Shown in pieces: positions 29,230 through 39,028 of a DNA stretch of 64,000 nucleotides. How positions within the stretch are numbered: the stretch's first letter is position 1; each line of letters opens with the position of its first letter. This DNA is from Truepera sp. (GTDB lineage Bacteria; Deinococcota; Deinococci; Deinococcales; Trueperaceae): positions 2,976,001 to 3,040,000 of the forward strand of contig CBDCKW010000009.1 in assembly GCA_965218435.1 (NCBI GenBank), read 5' to 3'. The translations under genes and the position numbers were made by a program. Under the pieces are notes generated by a model. That model was not told the origin of the DNA. It saw only the letters and a program-made list of their open reading frames with translations, and made no database searches.

Positions 29230-29778
29230 ATGGGTAGAGATTTGGACCCCACCATCAAAACGTCGCTGCTCGAGAAGATTCTCGAGTACCTACTAGCAAA
29301 CGGTGTTCATGGCCTAAGCCTGCGTCCTCTCGGGGACGCTATCGGAACGAATGCAAGAATGCTTATCTATCACTTTGGCTCTAAAGAGCAGCTCATCGTC
29401 GAGACACTGCGGCTTGCGCAACGAGAACAGCTCGCGGCTCTTAGCAGCAGCCCTAGACCTGAGCCAAGCCGCCAAGCTGAGCTAACGTCGCTTTGGCACC
29501 TGTTTACTTCAGACGACTTCTTGCCTTTTGTCAAGCTTTTGTTTGAGGTCGAGGTCGAGGCGATAAACGGCAATGCTCTTTACGTTTCGTTTGCACGCCA
29601 GATGCTGGGCGGCTGGGTCAGCTTCGTACAAAGCCGTTTAGACTGCGACGCTACGACCGCGAACTTTATCGTCAACGCTTTTTCGGGTTTACTTCTCGAC
29701 CGACTCGTTACGAACGACGCCCAACGCATAGACGCTTCATTCGAAGCTTTCGCAGCTCTACTAGACAAAGGAGATTGA
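29230..29778 (+). CDS. TetR/AcrR-family regulator
   Basis: LSLRPLGDAIGTNARMLIYHFGSKEQL HTH; palindrome GTTAC-AC-GTAAC just upstream. Confidence 0.9.
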   Translation: MGRDLDPTIKTSLLEKILEYLLANGVHGLSLRPLGDAIGTNARMLIYHFGSKEQLIVETLRLAQREQLAALSSSPRPEPSRQAELTSLWHLFTSDDFLPFVKLLFEVEVEAINGNALYVSFARQMLGGWVSFVQSRLDCDATTANFIVNAFSGLLLDRLVTNDAQRIDASFEAFAALLDKGD

Positions 29779-29783
29779 GGAGT

Positions 29784-30179
29784 ATGACTACGTTAAGTAA
29801 CGCCCAAAAGCTAGGCTCGGTAGCGGTCGGGGTATCGCTATGGTTTATCTTTATCTTCGTCGTGCGGGCGATTCCTTGGGTTTTTGACGGTGGTATCAGA
29901 AGCGCGCTGTTATTTTTGCTGACCGTCCCGCTGACTTACGGTTTTGTGGTGTTCTTAAAAAAGGCTGTCTCGCTCACGCCACAAACCGTCTTTGCAGGTG
30001 CAGCGATAGCAACGACTGCCGCCCTACTGTTAGACGGCCTTGTGTTTACCTTTGTCAGCCACTGGTACGGCAATACTGAGGAGCATATCAGATACGGGGC
30101 AGGCTTTATTCTCTGGGGCGCAGGAATGGGTATGCTCATCGCCTGGTTTAGATACACGCCTAGCGCCGATAAAGCATAA
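29784..30179 (+). CDS. Small four-TM membrane protein (DUF5367-like)
   Basis: Four hydrophobic segments, ALLLDGL motif, operonic with TetR. Confidence 0.6.
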   Translation: MTTLSNAQKLGSVAVGVSLWFIFIFVVRAIPWVFDGGIRSALLFLLTVPLTYGFVVFLKKAVSLTPQTVFAGAAIATTAALLLDGLVFTFVSHWYGNTEEHIRYGAGFILWGAGMGMLIAWFRYTPSADKA

Positions 30180-30229
30180 ATTAAGCCGTTCGCTATTGTG
30201 AAGTCATCTAAGCTAGGTATAGTCGCGTT

Positions 30230-31342
30230 ATGACCTCGAGCCCCACCCCTCAGCAATCAAGTCAGAGCCCAAATAATCAGGGCGAAACTGATTATCCGGG
30301 CCGCATCGCCGACATCGCACAGGTGTTGCAACGTTGGGGCGGTCCTATCGTGCTAGCCACCCACGTAGACCCCGACGGCGACGCGCTCGGCAGTGCGCTC
30401 GCGCTTAAACGGGCGCTGGCCACGCTGGGCAAAGAGACGCTGCTCCCGTGCTCGCCGCCGCAGTACCTCACATTTTTAGCCCAGCCCGGCGAACTTTCAG
30501 CGCCGCTTGCGACCCTGCCGGATGGGGCGCTCGTCTTCGTGCTCGACGTCGAGGTCAGCGTGCGGCTCGCGGGCGTCCCGGTAGAAGACACAACTGTAAC
30601 GGGCGCAGCTTATACCGTCGTCTTAGACCATCACGGGACGAACAACCGCGCGGGTGACCTCGTGTGTGTGCAGCCGAGCGCCGCAGCGACCGCGCAGATG
30701 GCTAAAGACGTGATTGACGCGCTCCCGGTGACGTGGACGCCCGAGCTGGCGACGCCCTGTTTAACGGGTTTACTGACCGATACCGGCAACTTCCGCTACA
30801 CCAATACGACCCCCGAAGTGCTCCGCGCCGCCGCCGATTTGCTCATAGAAGGCGTAGATTATGCGGAGCTCAACGACCGTTTGGCGTGGCGGCACCCCGA
30901 CTATTTTCGGATGCTCGGCAAGGTGATGAGCACCGCGAGCTTTCCTTTGGGCGGACTCGTCGCCTACGCTGAGATCACCCAGGCGATGAGAGACGAAATC
31001 GGCCCGACCGATGACGACTCGAGCGACTACGTGGGGCTGATTCGTTACGCGGCGGGCAGCGTCGTGGCGCTCTTTTTACGTGAAGAAACCGAGGACGCCG
31101 CCGAGCCCAAGGTCAAAGTGTCGGTGCGGGCCAGAGATGACGTCTCGGCGCAAGCGATCTGTGTGGCGTTAGGCGGCGGCGGCCACGTCGCGGCGGCGGG
31201 CGCAACCCTGCGTGTGGGTTTGGCACAAGCCAGGACGCAGGTTTTAGACGCCGTACGCGCCGAACTCGGCCGCGCAGGGTACGACGTACCGACCCAAGGT
31301 ACTGCGGACCTAAGGTACCGCGACCCAAGGCTGAGCGGTTAA
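30230..31342 (+). CDS. DHH/DHHA1 phosphoesterase (NrnA-like nanoRNase/pAp phosphatase)
   Basis: HVDPDGDALGS, DHH, TDTGNF and GGGGHVAAAG motifs. Confidence 0.9.
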   Translation: MTSSPTPQQSSQSPNNQGETDYPGRIADIAQVLQRWGGPIVLATHVDPDGDALGSALALKRALATLGKETLLPCSPPQYLTFLAQPGELSAPLATLPDGALVFVLDVEVSVRLAGVPVEDTTVTGAAYTVVLDHHGTNNRAGDLVCVQPSAAATAQMAKDVIDALPVTWTPELATPCLTGLLTDTGNFRYTNTTPEVLRAAADLLIEGVDYAELNDRLAWRHPDYFRMLGKVMSTASFPLGGLVAYAEITQAMRDEIGPTDDDSSDYVGLIRYAAGSVVALFLREETEDAAEPKVKVSVRARDDVSAQAICVALGGGGHVAAAGATLRVGLAQARTQVLDAVRAELGRAGYDVPTQGTADLRYRDPRLSG

Positions 31343-32544
31343 GACGGGCTGACCGGACTGCGGACGACGCGCGCCCTTTGTGCGCGGTGTCTGGGTAAAG
31401 AAAACCCAAAGCGGCTACCGAGGCCGGGGGTGCTTTCGGCCCAGACCCGCCCACCGTGCAGTTCACAAAGGCGCTTGGCCAGCGCCAAGCCCAGACCTGC
31501 ACCCCCTGCAGTCTGCCCCTCGAGAGCTTGCACGCGAAAAAAAGGCTGAAAGATATGCAGCAGGTCGTCCGGGCTGATACCCACGCCGTCATCTACGACT
31601 TCACAGCGAAGCTCGCCCGGGTTGGCTGTGAGCACGACCTCTAAACTCCCGCCCAGCGGCGTAAACTTGACCGCGTTTGACAAGTACGCACCCAAAATCT
31701 GCCCTACCCTTGGCGCGTCGGCGTAGAGCGTGACTGTCGGCTCACCTGAAACCTTGACGCTCAGCCCTTTGGTGTGCGCGTCTGTGCGCACAGTGCTGAG
31801 CACACGCGTTAAGACTGTTTCAAACGAGAACGGCTCACGGTAGAGCGTCAATTCACCGGACTCGAGCTGCGACAGGTCAATTAAGCCCTCGACGAGCGCG
31901 ACGAGTTGCGCACCCGAAGCCTGAATCAGCGCCAGATACTCGCGCTGTTCGGCGCTCAGCGCCGGATCGTCTTCTAAGAGCTGAGCGTACCCGATCACCG
32001 AAGTCAGCGGCGTTCTAAGTTCGTGGGAAATCGTCGCTAAAAATTCGCTTTTGACCCGGTTCGCCCGTTCCAGCTCACGGTTCTTACGTTCTAACTCGGC
32101 TTGGTAGCGCCGGAGGGCGCTCTGCGTACTGCCCTGAACGCTGACGCCGCGCAGCGCCACGAGTTGGGGCACACTGTTGCCGTTGTCGCCTGACTCGAGG
32201 GCGCGCGAGGCAAGTTCGGCGGCGACAGATTTACCGCCGCGCAGTGTCACCGTCACCTCTTGCAACCGCAAACCGGCTGCGCCACCTTGCACGCTTATTT
32301 GTGTCTCACCTACTTGTGTTTCACCCGGCTCTGAGTCGTTTAGGGCGTCTATCTGAATAAAGTCAGCAAGCCGCCTACCGCTTAGCTCACCGGCTTCATA
32401 ACCCAAGTAGTGCGCGAAAGCCTCGTTGACTCGGGTAATTACACCGGCTTCACAGATCGCGGTAGGCTCTAATGTCAGCGCCAGCAGTTGCAACTCAGAT
32501 GACAACGCAGCTGCTGTACTCGGTTTTTTCACGCTGTTTACCAC
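31339..32544 (-). CDS. Soluble PAS-domain sensor histidine kinase (orphan)
   Basis: PAS-like N-terminus, SHELRTPL H box, NAVKFT, DDGVGI and GAGLGL motifs. Confidence 0.9.
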   Translation of the reverse strand: MVNSVKKPSTAAALSSELQLLALTLEPTAICEAGVITRVNEAFAHYLGYEAGELSGRRLADFIQIDALNDSEPGETQVGETQISVQGGAAGLRLQEVTVTLRGGKSVAAELASRALESGDNGNSVPQLVALRGVSVQGSTQSALRRYQAELERKNRELERANRVKSEFLATISHELRTPLTSVIGYAQLLEDDPALSAEQREYLALIQASGAQLVALVEGLIDLSQLESGELTLYREPFSFETVLTRVLSTVRTDAHTKGLSVKVSGEPTVTLYADAPRVGQILGAYLSNAVKFTPLGGSLEVVLTANPGELRCEVVDDGVGISPDDLLHIFQPFFRVQALEGQTAGGAGLGLALAKRLCELHGGRVWAESTPGLGSRFGFSLPRHRAQRARVVRSPVSPS

Positions 32545-32908
32545 GGCTCACAGCTTAAGAAGCTCGAGCTAACAGGTGCGCCAAGCTGGTGCGGATGAAC
32601 CCGGTCCATGAGCTCAGTATAGGCGACCTCAGCCCCGCTACCTAGGTCAAATGACGTAGACCTTTTGGGACCTTTTGGCCGCTTGGTTTGTCGCCCAAAG
32701 CAACGTAGCAAGCGGAAGCTGAACGTCCGTGCGGCAGCGTGAGGCTACGGTCTAATCTGGGCGTGCCGACAGGTAAAATACGGCTGGATAAAACCCTGAG
32801 AAGAGCGCCTGTCAGATAACTTTTACCGGGGCGTGCTAGCATAAAATCCCGGAGAGGATGACTAGAAGTTATCTCAAAAGCCACTGAGATAGGCTCTAGG
32901 GTGACCTA

Positions 32909-34573
32909 ATGCAAACAAACTACATCTTCATCACGGGCGGGGTGGTGTCGTCGCTGGGCAAAGGGATTGCGAGCTCGAGCATCGGCGCACTTTTACGGGC
33001 CAGGGGCTACCGCGTGACCGCCGTAAAAATTGACCCTTACATCAACGTAGACGCCGGGACGATGCGCCCCTACGAACACGGTGAGGTCTTTGTCACGAGC
33101 GACGGGGCCGAGACCGACCTCGATTTAGGGACGTATGAACGCTTTTTAGACGTGCCGATGGGTCGCGCGAACAACGTCACCACCGGACAGGTCTACCTGA
33201 GTGTCATTGAAAAAGAGCGGCGCGGCGAATACCTGTCACAGACCGTGCAGGTCATCCCGCACGTGACTGACGAGATTAAAAGCCGTATTTACGAAGCTGG
33301 CAGAGCAGCCAACGCTGAAATCGTCTTGGTCGAGGTCGGCGGGACGGTCGGCGACATCGAGTCGCTCCCGTTTTTAGAGGCCATCCGGCAGCTCCGGTTT
33401 GAGGTCGGGTCCGAGAGGTGCGTCTACCTGCACGTCACCCTGCTCCCCTTTTTAGGCACCAGCGAAGAGTTTAAGACCAAACCGACGCAGCACTCGGTCG
33501 CCACCCTCCGCAGCGTGGGCGTCCAACCTGACGGCATCATCTTGCGTTCGACCAGCCCCGTACCCGACGAGGTGCGGACCAAAATCGCGCTGTTTACCAA
33601 CGTCGAGGCGAGAGACGTGTTTAACTCGTTTGATACCGAGTTTATCTACGCGGTCCCCGAGATTTTAGAGCAGCAGGGCATCGGGCGGTTTTTAGAGCGG
33701 CGGCTCGGGCTCGAGAAAGGTACCCCCGAACTGCGGGCGTGGCATGAAGCCGTCAGGATTTTGCGCGAACCCGAAAAGCACGTCTCTATCGGCGTCGTCG
33801 GCAAATACGTCGCCATGCCCGACGCTTATCTGAGTTTAATGGAAGCCCTGAAACACGCCGGAATCGCTAACCGTGCCCGTGTGGAGCTGCGCTGGATCAA
33901 CGCTGAAGAAGTCCTCAGCGACGACCTGAGCGCCCTCAGTGGCCTGGACGGGATTTTGGTTCCGGGCGGTTTCGGCGTTCGGGGCATCGAGGGCAAGGTG
34001 CGGGCCGCGACCTACGCCCGTAAAAACGGCGTGCCGTATTTGGGTATCTGTTTGGGAATGCAGGTGGCTGTCATTGAATACGCCCGCAACGTTGCGGGGC
34101 TCACGGCGGCCAATTCAACCGAATTTGACCCCTACACGCCCGAACCGGTGATTGACCTGATGCCTGAACAGCTGGGGCTCGCCGAGATGGGCGGGACGAT
34201 GCGCTTAGGTAACTGGCCGATGGAAGTTGCGCCGGGAACCAAACTTGCGGCGCTGTATGCGGGGCAGCTGGATAAAGCCGGGGTGGTGCTCGAGCGTCAC
34301 CGTCACCGGTTTGAGGTCAACCCGAAGTATGTCGCGCAGCTACAAGAGGCGGGGCTGAGCGTTTCCGGCGTCACCCCGGGGATGCAGGGGCGTGGGGCCG
34401 GGTTGGTCGAAGCGATTGAACTTTCTGAGCATCCGTTTTTTGTCGGCTTACAGTCGCACCCCGAGTTCGGCACCCGGCTCATGCGCGCCTCGCCGCCGTT
34501 TCGGGGGTTCATCGAGGCAGCCGTCACGTATCAAGAAGCGCGTCGAGATCAGGCTGTAGCTGAGAAAGCTTAG
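32909..34573 (+). CDS. pyrG: CTP synthase
   Basis: TGGVVSSLGKG, KTKPTQHS, GICLGMQ and HPEF motifs. Confidence 0.98.
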   Translation: MQTNYIFITGGVVSSLGKGIASSSIGALLRARGYRVTAVKIDPYINVDAGTMRPYEHGEVFVTSDGAETDLDLGTYERFLDVPMGRANNVTTGQVYLSVIEKERRGEYLSQTVQVIPHVTDEIKSRIYEAGRAANAEIVLVEVGGTVGDIESLPFLEAIRQLRFEVGSERCVYLHVTLLPFLGTSEEFKTKPTQHSVATLRSVGVQPDGIILRSTSPVPDEVRTKIALFTNVEARDVFNSFDTEFIYAVPEILEQQGIGRFLERRLGLEKGTPELRAWHEAVRILREPEKHVSIGVVGKYVAMPDAYLSLMEALKHAGIANRARVELRWINAEEVLSDDLSALSGLDGILVPGGFGVRGIEGKVRAATYARKNGVPYLGICLGMQVAVIEYARNVAGLTAANSTEFDPYTPEPVIDLMPEQLGLAEMGGTMRLGNWPMEVAPGTKLAALYAGQLDKAGVVLERHRHRFEVNPKYVAQLQEAGLSVSGVTPGMQGRGAGLVEAIELSEHPFFVGLQSHPEFGTRLMRASPPFRGFIEAAVTYQEARRDQAVAEKA

Positions 34574-34574
34574 C

Positions 34575-35237
34575 GTGAACGTGCTCAACCACAAGTCAAC
34601 GTTGGTCATCGGGTTGGCAGGGGGGACGGGTTCGGGTAAAACGACCGTTTCAGAGGCCATTAGAGAGGCTGCCGGGGCGGGCGAAATCGTCGTGTTACCG
34701 CAAGACGCCTACTACCGCGCCCAGAGCAACGTCCCACCCGAGATTCGTAAAAAGACCAACTACGACGAACCGAGTGCGTTCGATACCGACCTGCTCGTCG
34801 CACACTTAGACGCCCTGTTACGGGGCGAGGCCGTAAAGCGCCCGGTCTACGACTTTACGGCGGACGACCGCGCGGCAGAAACCGTCCGGCTCGAGCCCAA
34901 ACCCGTGATCGTCGTCGAGGGCATCTTGGTGTTGCACGAACCCACGCTACGCGAACGTTTTGACCTCAGCGTATTTGTAGACGCGCCACCCGACGAGCGG
35001 TTTATCCGGAGACTCGAGCGCGACGTAAGCGAACGGGGCCGAAGTGCCGAGAGCGTCATCGAACAGTACCGCCGCAGCGTTAAACCGATGCACGACCTCT
35101 TCGTCGAACCGACCAAAGCACACGCAAACCTGATCGTGCCCGAAGGCGGCAACAACAAGATCGCCTTAGAGGTTTTGAGCACGTTCGTCTCGAGCTTTGT
35201 CGCGTCTGTTAAAAGTTCCACCACCTATGGGCGTTAA
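34575..35237 (+). CDS. udk: Uridine/cytidine kinase
   Basis: GLAGGTGSGKTT, QDAYY, EGIL, RRLERDVSERGR and VKPMH..FVEP motifs. Confidence 0.93.
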   Translation: MNVLNHKSTLVIGLAGGTGSGKTTVSEAIREAAGAGEIVVLPQDAYYRAQSNVPPEIRKKTNYDEPSAFDTDLLVAHLDALLRGEAVKRPVYDFTADDRAAETVRLEPKPVIVVEGILVLHEPTLRERFDLSVFVDAPPDERFIRRLERDVSERGRSAESVIEQYRRSVKPMHDLFVEPTKAHANLIVPEGGNNKIALEVLSTFVSSFVASVKSSTTYGR

Positions 35238-37074
35238 GACCGTTCGGCTGATTTTGGGGGCTATCATCCTGCTGAGCCTGCTCCCCGGCGGACTGCTGGC
35301 GTGGCGGCGCATCCAAACTGAAGACAGCAGCGTCAGCGTCACCTTGCTGCTGGACGAACCCGCGCTGGCGCAGCAAGCCGCTTACGAAGGCGTCACGCCG
35401 TTTGCGCTGGCCACGCGCTATCAAAAGGCGGGGCTGAACGGAATCGCCGTCTATGAAGAGACGTTAGAGACGCTTGCCGAAAAGGGCAAGATTGCTTTGC
35501 TGGAGGGTACCGACGCTCGCGCCGAGGCCCTTTTACGGGGCGAACGGTTAGACCTCCCGCCGAACAGTTTGCTCGTTCGGGCGTTAGAACCCGGCGCACT
35601 TGCGGACGCGCTCACCAAAAACCGCCCGCGTCCGCAGACCATTCAGCTTGCCGGGGTACGCTGGGTCGTCTTTAGTGAACCCAGCGCCAAAGACCGCGCC
35701 GGGGCGCAGCGTCCGGCGGGGCCTGACCGGGCGAAGCTGGAGCGCTACCAAAAGGCAGGCTGGGACGTCGCCTACCGGCCTGTGAACTATCCGAATTTGG
35801 CAGACGTCGGCAGCGACTATCCGAACGTCAGATATCTGATCTACGAGGGGCTCGAGGTCGCCGGCAACCCCGACGAACTGAGCGAAGCCGTTAAGGTGTC
35901 GCAGAACTATCTCACCGGCCTTATCGAAGGCACCGACCAAGCCGGGATGAGAGCCATCAGCAGCAAGGTGCCGCTGGCAAGAGTATTTAGCATCTCGCAA
36001 GAGTGGCTCAATACGCTGCAGCCCCAAACCGTCGCCGACAAATATCTGCTGGCCGCGAGCGAACGCGGTGCGAGGTTACTCTATCTGCGGCCCTACACCG
36101 ATGAGACGGTCGGCGACATGAGGGCGAATACCGAAGCGTTGGTAAGGGCAGTAAGGACAGGCCTCGAGGCCGAAGGTTACCGCATCGGCCCGGTCAAGGC
36201 GCTGTCTTACCGCAGCTCTCCCCTACTCCGCGCTCTGGCAGGCGTCGGCATTTTGGCAGGGCTCGGGATTTTAGGAACGCTCTACCCCGGCACTTGGGGC
36301 GTGCTCGTCGCGTTCGGCGTGCTCGGCCTTGGACTGCTCGCAGGCGGGCTCAGTTGGGACGCGCTGGCGCTCACCGCCGCCCTGAGTTTTCCAGTTTTAG
36401 GGTACGCCCTGTTACCCAACCGCCTCTGGAGTTTGTTCGGCGCAGTCGCTCTAAGTCTCGTCGGGGCGACGCTTTTGGCGGCGGTCGGCAGCGAACGCAA
36501 TACGCTCTTAGCCGTTACGCCTTTTGCCGGGGTTGCCGCGACGCTCGTTGTGCCCCCGGCGCTCTTTCTCTTTTTTGTGATGCTCCGCGAACGTTCCCCG
36601 GCGGCGTGGGTCCGGGACTTTTGGGTACGGCCTGTTCGTCTGGGTGATGTGGCGCTGGTTTTGGTCGCGCTGGTAGGACTTGCCTTCGTCCTTTTGCGGC
36701 GCGGCAACTTTCCCATCATCGGCGCGAGCAACGCAGAGTTAGGGCTCCGGGCGCTCTTGTCGGACTACTTCGCGCGGCCCCGGTTCAAAGAACTGATCGG
36801 GCACCCGCTGGCAGTCGTGGCGCTCTTAAACCCACTTTGGCCTCGCTGGATACGCGGGCTGCTCTTAACGGTCGGGGTGGTAGCGCTCTCGAGCATCGTC
36901 AATTCGTTTAGTCACTACCACACGCCGCTCCTAATCTCGTTTGAACGCACCGTCGTCGCGCTCGTCTTAGGGCTTATGCTAGGCGTATTGCTCAATCTAG
37001 TGGTGCGGGTGGTCGTTCGGTTCGGTGCAAACTGGCTCGGCGCAGCCACTGACAATGGTTCAGGTACACCTTGA
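35227..37074 (+). CDS. DUF5693-family membrane protein (csaB-associated)
   Basis: Extracytoplasmic domain plus multi-TM C-terminus with RPRFKE..GHP and NSFSHYHTP motifs. Confidence 0.75.
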   Translation: MGVKTVRLILGAIILLSLLPGGLLAWRRIQTEDSSVSVTLLLDEPALAQQAAYEGVTPFALATRYQKAGLNGIAVYEETLETLAEKGKIALLEGTDARAEALLRGERLDLPPNSLLVRALEPGALADALTKNRPRPQTIQLAGVRWVVFSEPSAKDRAGAQRPAGPDRAKLERYQKAGWDVAYRPVNYPNLADVGSDYPNVRYLIYEGLEVAGNPDELSEAVKVSQNYLTGLIEGTDQAGMRAISSKVPLARVFSISQEWLNTLQPQTVADKYLLAASERGARLLYLRPYTDETVGDMRANTEALVRAVRTGLEAEGYRIGPVKALSYRSSPLLRALAGVGILAGLGILGTLYPGTWGVLVAFGVLGLGLLAGGLSWDALALTAALSFPVLGYALLPNRLWSLFGAVALSLVGATLLAAVGSERNTLLAVTPFAGVAATLVVPPALFLFFVMLRERSPAAWVRDFWVRPVRLGDVALVLVALVGLAFVLLRRGNFPIIGASNAELGLRALLSDYFARPRFKELIGHPLAVVALLNPLWPRWIRGLLLTVGVVALSSIVNSFSHYHTPLLISFERTVVALVLGLMLGVLLNLVVRVVVRFGANWLGAATDNGSGTP

Positions 37075-38045
37075 AGGTCTTGATAAGTGGCTACTACGGC
37101 TTCGGCAACCTGGGTGATGAGGCGCTGCTCGCGGGTATGTTAGGCGGGCTTACCGCGCAGCAGGTTACGGTGTTGTCGCAAAACCCTAAAGAGACTCGAG
37201 CCCTACACAACGTCGCCGCCACGCACCGCCTCACTGGGCTCTACGAACTTTTGCGGCACGACGCCCTCATCTCCGGCGGCGGCGGCTTGTTGCAAGACAA
37301 GACCAGCACGCGCAGTTTGCAGTATTACCTGGGCGTTATCACCCTCGCTAGACGCCTCGGCAAACGCGTCGTGGTCTACGGCCAATCGGTCGGCCCCTTA
37401 AGCGCGGCGGGAGAGCGGGCGGTCGCCAAGACCTTGTGGGGCTTACCCGTTGCAGTGCGGGACGAACCTTCCCAGGTCCTGCTAGACCGGCTCGGCGTTC
37501 CGGCTGCTTTGGTCGCCGACGCTGCCCTAATGCTGCCTAAACCTGAGGTGAAACCTCGAGCCCACGCCCCGGTACTCCTCATTCCGCGCGGCGGCTTCCC
37601 GGCGGTTACAGACGCATTTATCAAGCTCGCTCGGCGACTTTCTGACGAAGGTGTTCCGGTCGCGGGTTTGGCGCTCCAACCCAGTGAAGATGGTGAGGCA
37701 CTCGAGCACCTTACTAGGGCTGTCCCCTCACTCCGTAGGCTCGAAGCAACTACACCACAGGCCGCTCTAGCAAGGGTCGCCGAAAGCCGTTACACCGTCT
37801 CTGCACGGCTTCACGGACTCATCTTTGCAGCACGCACCGGATGCCCCTTGAGCGGCGTCGCCTACGACCCCAAGGTCGAGGCTTTTTTGACGGCGCTGGG
37901 CCGCCCCGCTCACCCGGTTATGCCCGACCCAGACGTACTCTACGGTGAGATACAGAAGCCCCAAGTTGACATTACAAAGGCAGAGGCGCTGACTATCAGG
38001 GCTGAGAACGGTTTGGGATGGCTGCGAACTCAACTCGGTTGTTGA
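37071..38045 (+). CDS. csaB: Polysaccharide pyruvyl transferase CsaB
   Basis: SGYYGFGNLGDEA, GGGGLLQDKTS, RLHGLI and YDPKV motifs. Confidence 0.93.
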   Translation: MKVLISGYYGFGNLGDEALLAGMLGGLTAQQVTVLSQNPKETRALHNVAATHRLTGLYELLRHDALISGGGGLLQDKTSTRSLQYYLGVITLARRLGKRVVVYGQSVGPLSAAGERAVAKTLWGLPVAVRDEPSQVLLDRLGVPAALVADAALMLPKPEVKPRAHAPVLLIPRGGFPAVTDAFIKLARRLSDEGVPVAGLALQPSEDGEALEHLTRAVPSLRRLEATTPQAALARVAESRYTVSARLHGLIFAARTGCPLSGVAYDPKVEAFLTALGRPAHPVMPDPDVLYGEIQKPQVDITKAEALTIRAENGLGWLRTQLGC

Positions 38046-38095
38046 GACCGGCCCTTTGGGGCATGGCTCGAGTCCTACCAGGCTAAACTGTGAGG

Positions 38096-38878
38096 GTGAA
38101 GCGGTTTTCTCTCGTCGGCATAAAGCTGCTTGTGGGTTTATTTATGGGCCTAGGTGTCAGCTGGGCGCAAGCTGAACCGGCGGCACCTGCTGAACCGGCT
38201 GCACTCAGAGACCTCTTAAACGGCGGTTACTACGCGCTCGCCGCTCAGGTCGAGGGGCCGAGGGCCGTAAAAGGTGCGCCCCGGAGTTCTGAGGCGCACC
38301 TACTTTACGCGCACGCACTTTACTTGGTAGACAGCTTGGAGAACGCTCAAACCCAGCTGGAAAAGGCTAAAACGCTCGCCCAAACCCCGCAGCAGCGGCG
38401 CTCGGTCATCCATTTAGACGCCCTCGTCAGGGCCGCGCAGGGCGACGCCGCACGCGCCACAAAGCTTTTAGAAGGTGTGTTTGGGGCAGCGCCCAGCTAT
38501 CAGGTGGCGATGGATTGGGGTCAGGTAGCGTGGCAAGGGGGCAACTTGAAGGTGGCGCTCCGCGCTTACCGGGCCGCCGCCGCAACGCCTGAAGGTAAAA
38601 CCGAACCGTGGCCGACGCTTAACGTCGCACGGGTACTGTTGCAACAGGGCCGTTATCAAGCGGCGCTAGCTCCCCTCGAGACCACCCTCACCCGCCTCGA
38701 GCAAGACCCCGGCCCGCGACCTTCACCCGCCTACGCCGAAGCCTTTTACCGGCTCGGCCAAGCGCACGAAGCGTTGGGCAGTGTTCAAGAAGCCGTCTCA
38801 AACTACAGCGCCGCGCGTAGCGCCGACCCCGACTACACCCCAGCTACAGACGCGCTGGCACGGCTCAGCGCACCTTAA
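38096..38878 (+). CDS. Exported tetratricopeptide-repeat protein
   Basis: Signal peptide ending AQA, Ala-rich TPR helices (AEAFYRLGQAHEALG); GTG 6 nt after TAAACT. Confidence 0.8.
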   Translation: MKRFSLVGIKLLVGLFMGLGVSWAQAEPAAPAEPAALRDLLNGGYYALAAQVEGPRAVKGAPRSSEAHLLYAHALYLVDSLENAQTQLEKAKTLAQTPQQRRSVIHLDALVRAAQGDAARATKLLEGVFGAAPSYQVAMDWGQVAWQGGNLKVALRAYRAAAATPEGKTEPWPTLNVARVLLQQGRYQAALAPLETTLTRLEQDPGPRPSPAYAEAFYRLGQAHEALGSVQEAVSNYSAARSADPDYTPATDALARLSAP

Positions 38879-38881
38879 CGT

Positions 38882-38911
38882 TAGGTAGAGCATAAATAGG
38901 TAGAGCATAAA
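38882..38911 (+). repeat. Perfect 15-bp tandem direct repeat
   Basis: TAGGTAGAGCATAAA x2. Confidence 0.9.
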
Positions 38912-39028
38912 AAAGAGCAGATTGTGGGGTTTACCACCCATCTAAACGCCATGTGTGCGTGATACTATACTTTACTGAGTAGCACCCGGCGTGGGGCAAG
39001 ATGGGTGCCAACAGAAGGAGGCCCCGAT

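Noticed and set aside
32580..32908. Hairpins and GACCTTTTGG x2 upstream of pyrG
   Set aside because: No recognisable attenuator, riboswitch or TIR/TSD pattern; short stems are expected by chance
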